Part shown: positions 47,711 through 56,005 of the stretch, piece after piece
How the letters are laid out: each line of letters begins with the position of its first letter
How positions within the stretch are numbered: the stretch's first letter is position 1
From: a virus
Taxonomy: Duplodnaviria; Caudoviricetes
Reading direction: 5' to 3' (one strand)
DNA length: 64,000 nucleotides
Virus record (IMG/VR): IMGVR_UViG_3300028886_000042
Made by a program: the position numbers and the translations under genes
Notes under the pieces: generated by a model
Seen by the model: the letters and a program-made list of their open reading frames with translations, nothing else
Told to the model about the DNA's origin: nothing
Database searches by the model: none

Positions 47711-48097
47711 ATGCTACTACTTATAAAATTCATAAGCTACATTTTACTTGCATACGGAATATGCGAGATTGTTGTGTTCAGCAACGGGCCTTTTCATATA
47801 TTCGAGAAATGGCGTATAATAGCACATAACATAGGGGAACATTTCGGTGAACTATTTACCTGCATGATGTGTTTCTCAACATGGGTAGGGCTTGCATTAA
47901 GCCTGATAAACAGTCTGTTACTGCCTTCTGTTGCCTTTACACCGTTCAATATGATACTTGGTACTGTTGCACCTTTCTGGTTCATTATGATACTTGATAT
48001 GGGATTTACCTGTGCAACTACATGGCTGCTCTATCAGTTGGAGGACTTAATGGAACGTAGCGGTGGAAACATAACATACGAAGAGGAAGGGGAGTAA
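47711..48097 (+). CDS. membrane protein with CxxC (DUF1360-like)
   Basis: Three hydrophobic segments; GPF.IF...R and L.TCMMC.STWVG motifs. Confidence 0.65.
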   Translation: MLLLIKFISYILLAYGICEIVVFSNGPFHIFEKWRIIAHNIGEHFGELFTCMMCFSTWVGLALSLINSLLLPSVAFTPFNMILGTVAPFWFIMILDMGFTCATTWLLYQLEDLMERSGGNITYEEEGE

Positions 48098-48098
48098 G

Positions 48099-48356
48099 AT
48101 GGAGGTGAATAGTCAGATAATAAAGGAACTCAACATAAACATGAGTGACAAGTTTTTCCTTGAAGCACAGACTGAGAAAAAGAAGAAGGAATATGCCGAG
48201 AATATAGTCAATAACGGTGTAGGCAAGGAGATAAAGTATATTCTAAAGGCTAATCTTAAACCGGCTAAGTTAAGAAAACCCCTAAAAGTACTGCTTAGGG
48301 AAAAAATACTGAATTTCACAAATAAGTTTAAAATAGTATTCGGGTATGCAGATTGA
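48099..48356 (+). CDS. hypothetical protein (85 aa)
   Basis: Coupled ORF in operon. Confidence 0.6.
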   Translation: MEVNSQIIKELNINMSDKFFLEAQTEKKKKEYAENIVNNGVGKEIKYILKANLKPAKLRKPLKVLLREKILNFTNKFKIVFGYAD

Positions 48357-48612
48357 TGATATTTTTGAAATAGCAAACGGCATTAACAATTCACTGCTGA
48401 TGCTTAACGAGAAAAGCGTTAACAACAGAAACATAAAGAAATGCCTGACAATAGGATTACAGCTGCCTATTGAGGAACTGCAACAGATAGACCGTGATTT
48501 CTACGTTATGCAGAACGGAAAAAGTGAAGGATTTACTGCAAGTGAAGAAATAAGGGTTAAGATAATGGGTATAGACTTTGTAATTATACCGGAGGAAGAA
48601 GAAGAGGCTTAG
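48346..48612 (+). CDS. hypothetical protein (88 aa)
   Basis: Overlapping ORF in operon. Confidence 0.6.
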   Translation: MQIDDIFEIANGINNSLLMLNEKSVNNRNIKKCLTIGLQLPIEELQQIDRDFYVMQNGKSEGFTASEEIRVKIMGIDFVIIPEEEEEA

Positions 48613-49652
48613 TCACCTCTCGCACATGCATTCCTTGACCAACCGGTTTTTTTCACCATTTCATTTACAAACCACAATGTCATATAACTCGTCAGACGGT
48701 CTGTAAACAGTATGTATTTGTTGAGTTTAAGTTTGGTAATACACTTTTCCATCAGCATATAGAGACGGTCAGCTTCCCTCTTTGACTTGCACGTAACGAA
48801 ATCGAAGTCACCGTCATACTGAATGACAAACTTGTTGTAGAATACAAACACCCTCTTTATATTATCATGTGAAACATCCTTAAGCAACATATTATTAAGG
48901 ATAAAATGGGCATCCTTTCTGTCCTTCAGAGGGTGATGTCCGTATACGTTGAACGACTCCTCCACAAACCACGGTTTCTTCGAGACAATCTTATAGTCAG
49001 CATCGACAATCACATTATCTATCAGTTTACCGTCGTTGTTACGTAATTTTACCACCTTATCATCACTGTCTGTTTTTTCCAAAAGCAGTATTTCATATGT
49101 AGTATCACGGTATAGTTTCTTATTTATGGCAACACCTCCGGGAGTCTGCCTTATCTTTATAGGGCACAATACAGTGGAATGATTCTTCTCTACTGCTTCC
49201 TCGTAAGCCTTGAATGCATCATTACGCCATAGGAAAACAGGCTTGCCTATATAGGTAATGCGTTTTCTGTCCTTCATGATAACAACCTTGTACCGTCCGT
49301 ATCTGTCATGCTCTTTTTTACGTTCCTCAAACAGCTTTGCACGTTTTTTGTCATAATACCGTTTATTCTGCATAGCCTTGACCTTTTTAAGATGGGCTAC
49401 GGTAGTACGCTTCCTTTTCCTTTTCACAGTGCTTTTCCGTTCTGCTTTCTCGCGTTCCTTCTCTGCCTTTATCTTTTCTTCCTTTAGCTGCTTTTCCTTT
49501 AATTTCTCTTCCTTAAGTTTCTGTTCCTTCAAGGCTTTTCTGTACTTTGCCTTTCTTATCCTGTCCTTTTCCCTGTCCTTTTTCTTCTTTGCTTCAGCAA
49601 TTTCCTCATTACGTTTTTTCAACTTAGCCAAAGCACGTTCCAGTCCTGTCAT
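48609..49652 (-). CDS. highly basic hypothetical protein (347 aa), possible nucleic-acid binding
   Basis: N-terminal ~115 aa K/R/E-rich helix followed by a globular domain. Confidence 0.7.
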   Translation of the reverse strand: MTGLERALAKLKKRNEEIAEAKKKKDREKDRIRKAKYRKALKEQKLKEEKLKEKQLKEEKIKAEKEREKAERKSTVKRKRKRTTVAHLKKVKAMQNKRYYDKKRAKLFEERKKEHDRYGRYKVVIMKDRKRITYIGKPVFLWRNDAFKAYEEAVEKNHSTVLCPIKIRQTPGGVAINKKLYRDTTYEILLLEKTDSDDKVVKLRNNDGKLIDNVIVDADYKIVSKKPWFVEESFNVYGHHPLKDRKDAHFILNNMLLKDVSHDNIKRVFVFYNKFVIQYDGDFDFVTCKSKREADRLYMLMEKCITKLKLNKYILFTDRLTSYMTLWFVNEMVKKTGWSRNACARGD

Positions 49653-49709
49653 TGAAAAATAAATGTTAGTTAAAAAGTGTTATTTTATATAAATATAGCC
49701 CATAAATAC

Positions 49710-49742
49710 TTTGAAATAAAGGCTAAACGGAGTATATTTGCA
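49710..49742 (+). promoter_or_regulatory. Bacteroidetes sigmaA-type promoter
   Basis: TTTG 49710-49713, 19-nt spacer, TATATTTG 49733-49740, then CA. Confidence 0.75.
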
Positions 49743-49788
49743 AAAGTATTATAAATCATTATTAATAAATCTTATAAAAATTTTTTCA

Positions 49789-50265
49789 ATGAAAACATTT
49801 GACTTAACAGACGAGAATCAGAATCTATTCAATGAATTGTTTCAGGAAACAGGTTATCACAATTATATGCAGCTGAGATTAATCGGACTTGCAAAGGCTA
49901 AGGAGGTGATTACCGTAAACCGTCCAAATGCCGTCGCAAAGCATGTCGGCCATCTTGCAGATGACGTAGTGACAATCCTTGTATATGAGGATGCATTTGA
50001 CAGACTTGACGAGAAGAACAAGAAACTGCTTATCAAGGATGCATTCAACCTTATTTCATATGATGACGAGAAGGATAAGATTACAATCGGTGCTCCCATG
50101 ATTACCGTTACCGTTGCCGGCAGACGTATGTGGGGTGATGACATAATTAACTGTGCTGAGATTGCAACCGCCGCCATACAGCAGATTGAGGAAGAGAAGA
50201 AGGCTGCAAAGGAAGAGGAAAAGGCACGTAAGGCTGCTGAGAAGGCTTCAAAGAAAAGAAAATAA
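49789..50265 (+). CDS. hypothetical protein resembling the putative phage metallopeptidase fold but lacking HExxH
   Basis: I.VYE..FDRLDE..K.LLI.D pattern; start ATG 49789 downstream of the promoter. Confidence 0.5.
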   Translation: MKTFDLTDENQNLFNELFQETGYHNYMQLRLIGLAKAKEVITVNRPNAVAKHVGHLADDVVTILVYEDAFDRLDEKNKKLLIKDAFNLISYDDEKDKITIGAPMITVTVAGRRMWGDDIINCAEIATAAIQQIEEEKKAAKEEEKARKAAEKASKKRK

Positions 50266-50275
50266 ACAGACGTTT

Positions 50276-50518
50276 ATGGGAAAGGTTATTGTTAAAAACG
50301 ACCCGTCAGTCAATTATCACCTTTATCTCAAGGAAATATCCATAGTTAAAGGTGATAATAAGCACTCAACGGTAAGTCATGTATTTACTTCCTGTAAGGG
50401 AATGGCGATGGTATTTGACAATGACAGATACCTTGAAATAGCGTTGGAACTGTTGAACATTAAGGACAATAACAAAGGAAATTACACCTATTCTATAGAG
50501 GAATCAGATAAAAATTAA
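50276..50518 (+). CDS. hypothetical protein (80 aa)
   Basis: ATG 50276 just after the previous stop. Confidence 0.6.
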   Translation: MGKVIVKNDPSVNYHLYLKEISIVKGDNKHSTVSHVFTSCKGMAMVFDNDRYLEIALELLNIKDNNKGNYTYSIEESDKN

Positions 50519-50523
50519 TTAAC

Positions 50524-51201
50524 ATGCTTGACAAAGATTTAAGGCTTTTTACAACAAGTAGGGGAGTTGACGGAAATACATTCGATGAATACCAGAAGTA
50601 TAACTTCAATAATATGTACATAGAACCTACTGTCATTGAGGAACGTATGAACCATTCAATGACTTCAATCTCAGTGTATTCAAGGTTACTGATGGACAGA
50701 ATTATATTCCTTGGTACTGAAATAAATGATGATGTGGCAAATATAATCACGGCACAGCTTCTGTGGCTTGAACAGCAGGGAAACAGTGACATTACACTTC
50801 ACATATCAAGTCCGGGAGGCAGTATATATTCCGGTTTGGAAATAGTTGACTGTCTGAACTTCATAAAACCCGAAATTTCAACAGTTTCTATGGGTATGGT
50901 TGCTTCAATGGCATCTGTCATAGCAAGCTGTGGTACTAAGGGTAAACGTTTCATACTTCCACATGCAAGGTTCCTCGTACATCAGCCCTTACAAAGCGGA
51001 GGCGGTGTAAAACAATGCAGTGACGTACAGATTCAGGCAAAGGAAATACAGTCACTAAAGGAGGAATTACAGCAAATGCTTGCCGATAATAGCGGACTGC
51101 CATATGATGTTATCGAAAAACTCTGTGACAGAGATACTATACTGACTGCACAGGAAGCCATTGACTATGGATTTGTTGACAAGATAATAACAAAGAAATA
51201 A
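50524..51201 (+). CDS. clpP: ATP-dependent Clp protease proteolytic subunit
   Basis: YSRLL.DRIIFLG, I.SPGG, catalytic ASMAS, HQP, DRD..LTAQEA..YG.VD.I. Confidence 0.95.
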   Translation: MLDKDLRLFTTSRGVDGNTFDEYQKYNFNNMYIEPTVIEERMNHSMTSISVYSRLLMDRIIFLGTEINDDVANIITAQLLWLEQQGNSDITLHISSPGGSIYSGLEIVDCLNFIKPEISTVSMGMVASMASVIASCGTKGKRFILPHARFLVHQPLQSGGGVKQCSDVQIQAKEIQSLKEELQQMLADNSGLPYDVIEKLCDRDTILTAQEAIDYGFVDKIITKK

Positions 51202-51209
51202 TATCAGGT

Positions 51210-51770
51210 ATGGAAGATAAGAAAACCGTAAGTATAAAACCTTCTTTTTTCACTACTGAAAAAACTGAAGAGAAAAAGAACGGTGTACTGTTCATAGAAA
51301 AAACAATAAGGGAAATTCCGCTAAGTCAGGTCGTCAAAAACAATATAAGTCTGGAACATTCAGTCGATAAACTGTTTATAGCCATAAATGGTTTCCGTCT
51401 GAATAATAAGGGTGAAATTATTACACCGAATAACAGTGTTTTGGACATCTACGGATTTACAGATTCACTGGAAGTTGTGGCTAATAAGGATTTTACCAAC
51501 GATGACAAGGATAAACAGTTTGCTACGTTCAAAGAAGGTGAAACAATACCGTTTCGTATAATAACAGAACGGCTTATCGATAATGGATATATTTTGCAGG
51601 AGAACAGATTCAGCTTCCCTATTTGCGATGACAACTTATTCATATATATCGAACTCGATTTGACAAAACCTAAAGATAATTATAATCCTTATTCTGAATA
51701 CAAATTCATAGGAATTAATCCTAATTCAATCACATCAGAAAATGACTTTAAGGTTATTTGGAAAGAATAA
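51210..51770 (+). CDS. hypothetical protein (186 aa)
   Basis: ORF following clpP. Confidence 0.7.
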   Translation: MEDKKTVSIKPSFFTTEKTEEKKNGVLFIEKTIREIPLSQVVKNNISLEHSVDKLFIAINGFRLNNKGEIITPNNSVLDIYGFTDSLEVVANKDFTNDDKDKQFATFKEGETIPFRIITERLIDNGYILQENRFSFPICDDNLFIYIELDLTKPKDNYNPYSEYKFIGINPNSITSENDFKVIWKE

Positions 51771-51775
51771 CAGCA

Positions 51776-51809
51776 AAGAGCAACCTATAATGGCTGCTCT
51801 TATTTTTTT
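51776..51809. terminator. terminator between convergent genes
   Basis: aagagcaacc-tataat-ggctgctctt followed by a T run. Confidence 0.6.
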
Positions 51810-51815
51810 CAGATA

Positions 51816-51908
51816 CTATTTCTCATCTGGTCTGTATGGATATGGATGTACTGCTCCATCATCTATACCATATTCATAGTATAAAACATAATATTCCTTG
51901 TTCTCCAT
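51816..51908 (-). CDS. possible 30-aa peptide (not in ORF track)
   Basis: MENKEYYVLYYEYGIDDGAVHPYPYRPDEK*; lies between the zincin gene and the terminator. Confidence 0.35.
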   Translation of the reverse strand: MENKEYYVLYYEYGIDDGAVHPYPYRPDEK

Positions 51909-51930
51909 GTTAGTTTATATTAATTAGTTT

Positions 51931-52446
51931 TTATTTCTTATCCGAAAAGTCGATATCCTTGTCAATGTATTCCCTTACATATTTGCTGAATGTCATGGTA
52001 AAGGCTTTTTTCCTATACTCCTTGTAATATGTTTTAAGTTGCTTAACCGGTATTTCCCTGTATGTTTTCCATCTTACAGCACCGTTAGAATACACATCTA
52101 CATAGTCAGGTACTTCCTCGTTGGCATAAGCCTCTAATTCAAACGGATTCATCTTATATGCAAACTTGCTTCCGTTGAATGTAAATAGCAGTTTAATCCA
52201 GTACCATATATACAACCAGTAAAATCTAAGCCATGAATTCTTAGTCGATACAGCCTGTTTAACATGAATCATTTCATGATGCGTAACAACCTTGTCATAA
52301 CCGGTTTCAACATACTCGTTCCATTTGTTCTTTTTGCTGTTTTTTATCCACATCCTTCCGAAGAAGGTTATAGTAATATAACTTCCGAACGGAATGAAAT
52401 TATTCCATTTCAGTTCAATTCCCATCAGTTCACTTGGTCTGTACAT
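51931..52446 (-). CDS. zincin-like metallopeptidase (DUF4157-like)
   Basis: HHEMIHVKQ and NPFELEAY; start ATG 52446 with an ATATTTATA box upstream. Confidence 0.7.
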   Translation of the reverse strand: MYRPSELMGIELKWNNFIPFGSYITITFFGRMWIKNSKKNKWNEYVETGYDKVVTHHEMIHVKQAVSTKNSWLRFYWLYIWYWIKLLFTFNGSKFAYKMNPFELEAYANEEVPDYVDVYSNGAVRWKTYREIPVKQLKTYYKEYRKKAFTMTFSKYVREYIDKDIDFSDKK

Positions 52447-52504
52447 CTTACCTTGATATAAGTCAATTTTTTTATAAATATTTGGAAAAACGAATATAAT
52501 TTCT

Positions 52505-52536
52505 TTTGAAGATATAATTATATGCAGTATATTTGC
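52505..52536 (+). promoter_or_regulatory. Bacteroidetes sigmaA-type promoter
   Basis: TTTG 52505-52508, 19-nt spacer, TATATTTG 52528-52535. Confidence 0.75.
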
Positions 52537-52587
52537 GGAACAATAAGAGAAAAACAATAAATAACTAATTTTAAAATCAAAAAGAAA

Positions 52588-52752
52588 ATGCGTAAATTTA
52601 CATTAGCTTTTATGATGCTTACCTCAATGGTAGTTGCATCTTGTTGCGGTAACTCATGCAAGGGAACTGCTGAGAACGATTCTACAGCCGTTGATACAAC
52701 AGTGGTTGACAGTGTTGTAGTTGACAGCGTTGCAGTTGACTCAGTTGCATAA
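52588..52752 (+). CDS. 54-aa lipoprotein with D(S/T)x repeats (not in ORF track)
   Basis: MRKFTLAFMMLTSMVVASC|CGNSCKGTAENDSTAVDTTVVDSVVVDSVAVDSVA*; lipobox VASC; own promoter and downstream hairpin. Confidence 0.85.
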   Translation: MRKFTLAFMMLTSMVVASCCGNSCKGTAENDSTAVDTTVVDSVVVDSVAVDSVA

Positions 52753-52816
52753 AAACCGCTATTAAGCCTCGTATTTTCATTATTTAAAGAAAATTAACAG
52801 AGACTTTAATATTTTT

Positions 52817-52851
52817 TAAACAGGGTTTTCTTTAGAATCCCTGTTTTTTTT
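52817..52851 (+). terminator. intrinsic terminator overlapping the next promoter
   Basis: aaacaggg...ccctgttt followed by a T run. Confidence 0.65.
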
Positions 52852-52863
52852 CGTATATTTGCA
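52831..52863 (+). promoter_or_regulatory. Bacteroidetes sigmaA-type promoter (imperfect -33)
   Basis: TTTA 52831-52834, 19-nt spacer, TATATTTG 52854-52861, then CA. Confidence 0.6.
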
Positions 52864-53012
52864 TAAAACCACATATAAGATAAATTATACCCGATATAAT
52901 ATAATAAGCGTGTATTTTTCTTAATTTATATCATATCTGGTATAGTTATGAATTAAACTATTAAGTACAAAAAAAACATATATAAGAGTTGTATTTAGAA
53001 CTATTATAACCC

Positions 53013-53540
53013 ATGGGAGAAAAAGAATTTAGTGAAATATCAAGAAAGCGTTTTAACAAATTTATAAACGAAACAGTTGAAGAATTACTGAAAAGGGCAT
53101 TTGGAGAATCTACTGAAATGGCTGTTCCGTTAAAATCCTATAAAACAAGGGTTGACGCATTAAGGTTTCAGCTTGTGGAAAACTGGTGTTTATGCAAGTG
53201 GTATCAGTTGTTTAATCCTGAATCAGAAAACTTCATGCACTGTGTTAATGAGTTAAAAGCATGCATTTACAATCTTAAAATCCTTGATATAAAAGGGGGT
53301 ATTGACAAAGATAAAACAGTGACAAGAATGTTAGTCAACGACTATGATTATAATAAGTCTGACATGATTGAGAGGATTATAAGAAGCAAGTTTACAAGGG
53401 AAAATATACTTAATGATAGTCAGAAAATGTGCGTGTGCGACGAATTTGCCGACAACATAGAATCTTTAATAGCAGTAATTTCAGACAATTCAGAGGATGT
53501 TGACAAATATATTTATAACACATTTGCCTATTTGACTTAA
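53013..53540 (+). CDS. hypothetical helical protein (175 aa)
   Basis: ORF with a FNKFINETVEELL N-terminal motif. Confidence 0.7.
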   Translation: MGEKEFSEISRKRFNKFINETVEELLKRAFGESTEMAVPLKSYKTRVDALRFQLVENWCLCKWYQLFNPESENFMHCVNELKACIYNLKILDIKGGIDKDKTVTRMLVNDYDYNKSDMIERIIRSKFTRENILNDSQKMCVCDEFADNIESLIAVISDNSEDVDKYIYNTFAYLT

Positions 53541-53608
53541 TAGCTGCATTTATAACTGTTAATACTGAAAAACATATTTAATCGTTTAATTTTAAACTAT
53601 TATAACCC

Positions 53609-54439
53609 ATGGAAGAAAAAACAAGTCTAAAAGAGCGTATGACCGCATTGAGGAGTGTTACCGATTATAAGCTACCGTTAAAATGCTATACTATGGTTGC
53701 CATTGACGGTCATTCATTTTCTAAACTGATTAAAAACAAGTACAAAAAACCCTTTGATGATGAATTCATCCATATGATGAACGAGGTTGCAGAATATGTA
53801 TGCAAGAACGTTGAAGGCTGTAAGTTCGCATATACCCAAAGTGATGAGATTACCTTTGTCCTTACTGATTTCGATACGGAAACGACCTGTGCATATTTCG
53901 GAAACAGACTGACAAAGATATTATCCATAATACCCTCAATGGCTTCTGCAAAGTTCAATCAGCTGGTCATGGCAAATCTGTTGAAGAAAACAGATAATAT
54001 TATGGAAGCAGAAGAACTTATACTTAATCAGAAATTAGCTGATTTTGACTGCAAGGCATGGCCGTTAGGCTCATTCAATGATGTATATGCATATATTCTT
54101 TGGAGGCAGATTGACTGCATAAGAAACTCAAAACAGCAGGCAGCACAGACATGGTGCAGTCATAAGGAGTTATCAGGACTGAATACTGACGAACAGATTA
54201 ATTTGCTGAAAATAAAAACCGGTATTGACTGGAACGAGTTTCCTGATGACAGAAAATACGGAAGGTTTATCTATAAGGAAAAGGAGACCTACTACAATAA
54301 GGATATTGACACTGAATATGAGAGAAGTATTTGGAAAAGCCATGACGCATTTCCTATAACAGGAGAGGAAGGAAAAGAACGTTTCATCAAGCTGAATGTC
54401 ATTCCTGATATCGACAAATGCAAAAATTTCTACTTTTAG
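53609..54439 (+). CDS. tRNA(His) guanylyltransferase / Thg1-like 3'-5' polymerase
   Basis: IDGHSFSK, KPFD..F, YTQSDEI, FD, WRQ.DC.RNS. Confidence 0.92.
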   Translation: MEEKTSLKERMTALRSVTDYKLPLKCYTMVAIDGHSFSKLIKNKYKKPFDDEFIHMMNEVAEYVCKNVEGCKFAYTQSDEITFVLTDFDTETTCAYFGNRLTKILSIIPSMASAKFNQLVMANLLKKTDNIMEAEELILNQKLADFDCKAWPLGSFNDVYAYILWRQIDCIRNSKQQAAQTWCSHKELSGLNTDEQINLLKIKTGIDWNEFPDDRKYGRFIYKEKETYYNKDIDTEYERSIWKSHDAFPITGEEGKERFIKLNVIPDIDKCKNFYF

Positions 54440-54441
54440 AC

Positions 54442-54474
54442 TTTGCTTGTGTCAGTAAATGCAGTATATTTGCA
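54442..54474 (+). promoter_or_regulatory. Bacteroidetes sigmaA-type promoter
   Basis: TTTG 54442-54445, 19-nt spacer, TATATTTG 54465-54472, then CA. Confidence 0.75.
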
Positions 54475-54525
54475 AAAGAGAAAAAAAATATATGTAAAAC
54501 TTTTAATTTTAATTAAGAAAAAGAG

Positions 54526-55023
54526 ATGAGAACATTGATTTTATCAGGCCGTCTGGCTGCTAATGCGGAACAGAAAACCTCAAAGAACGGGAGACAGTAT
54601 TTGGAATTCCGTATGGGTAACAATGAATACAGAAGCGGTGAAAACAGTGAGACATACTGGTTCAGGGTAACATCATTCAACCCTAATCACATGAAGTTAC
54701 TCCCTTATCTTACAAAGGGAAGAACAATTGAGGTTATCGGTGACTTAAGTGCAAGTCCATACATGAGTACGACAACAGGTAAGCCTGAAGCCGGGCTTGA
54801 AGTACTTGCAAATGACATTAAATTTGACGGTAACTTCAGCAAGGTAACTGATACTCAGAATACAGAGACACCGACTGCTGAACAGCCTAAAGTAGAGGTA
54901 AAAACTGAACCCGCAAAGCCAAAGAAAGCTGCTACACGTAATCCTTCAACAGCACCTATTGAAGCACCAAAACCTGCTCCACAGGCTGTAGCAGACAGTG
55001 ATGAGGATGACCTGCCATTCTAA
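54526..55023 (+). CDS. ssb: single-stranded DNA-binding protein
   Basis: L.GRL, T.WF.V..F, YL.KG....V.G.L OB-fold motifs, P/A-rich linker, C-terminal DDLPF tip. Confidence 0.92.
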   Translation: MRTLILSGRLAANAEQKTSKNGRQYLEFRMGNNEYRSGENSETYWFRVTSFNPNHMKLLPYLTKGRTIEVIGDLSASPYMSTTTGKPEAGLEVLANDIKFDGNFSKVTDTQNTETPTAEQPKVEVKTEPAKPKKAATRNPSTAPIEAPKPAPQAVADSDEDDLPF

Positions 55024-55077
55024 GGTCTATACTTTCAGGGGAAACATTTTTTGCTTCCCCATTTTAATTGACAAATC

Positions 55078-55965
55078 ATGCTTAATATTAAGGATATAGA
55101 AAAAAGGCTCAAGAAATACCCCGAACCGGATGAAGTAAAGGAGATAAGGGAGAATATATACAAAACATTCTCAAACCTTGAATTCATTGAGGAAGGTCAT
55201 AAATATTATCTTCATAAACCGGACGGTTCACAAAAGGAAATGACAAGTGTTACTACCATCTGTCATGACAGATTCGAGCCTCATGTTGACTGGGAGGAAA
55301 TCCTTGAACGTAAGGCGTTGAACTTAGGCATAAGTTCTGAACAGTTAAGGCGTGAATGGAAGGAGAAAAACATAACCTCAACTTCAAATGGTACTTTAAC
55401 ACATCTCTTTGCTGAGGGTTATATGCATTTCTTCATGGGTAATGTTGACCTTATACCTGAGCCTATAAAGAAGATGCAGTACGAGGACGGTTTTCTCATA
55501 CCTTACGGTAATAAGCAAAAGGCAGTTGCAAAGTATTATGAGGACTTATACCATACCGAAGGGTTATATCCTGTCATGCCTGAGGCACAGATATATATTG
55601 ACTCCGAAAATAACAAATACGGAATAAACTATGATATAAGCGGAACATTTGATGCACTGTTTGCCTTTAAGGATGCTAAAAATGAATGGAAACTGTCTAT
55701 TCGGGACTGGAAAACAAATTCTTCTTTGGAAAATGATTTCAACATCCGTAATGGAAATACACTGTTACCACCGTTCGATACTTTGGAGTTTATAGACCAA
55801 CCACAATCAGTATATACACTACAGTTAAGCCTCTATCAGCTTGGTATTGAACAGTTAGGATATAAAGTAACTGACAGGAAACTGCTATGGCTTACTGAGG
55901 ATTGTGAATACCATAAGATAAATGTAAGGGACGTAACAAAGGAACTGATAATAGGTTTAACATAA
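55078..55965 (+). CDS. PD-(D/E)xK exonuclease
   Basis: H.Y, SVTT, GT..H, E, SGTFD, DWKT, Y.LQLSLY motifs. Confidence 0.85.
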   Translation: MLNIKDIEKRLKKYPEPDEVKEIRENIYKTFSNLEFIEEGHKYYLHKPDGSQKEMTSVTTICHDRFEPHVDWEEILERKALNLGISSEQLRREWKEKNITSTSNGTLTHLFAEGYMHFFMGNVDLIPEPIKKMQYEDGFLIPYGNKQKAVAKYYEDLYHTEGLYPVMPEAQIYIDSENNKYGINYDISGTFDALFAFKDAKNEWKLSIRDWKTNSSLENDFNIRNGNTLLPPFDTLEFIDQPQSVYTLQLSLYQLGIEQLGYKVTDRKLLWLTEDCEYHKINVRDVTKELIIGLT

Positions 55966-55971
55966 GAAAAG

Positions 55972-56005
55972 AAAAATCACCGGTAATAACTACTGGTGAT
56001 TTTTT
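55972..56005. terminator. bidirectional terminator between convergent genes
   Basis: aaaaatcaccggta-ataac-tactggtgattttt. Confidence 0.75.
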
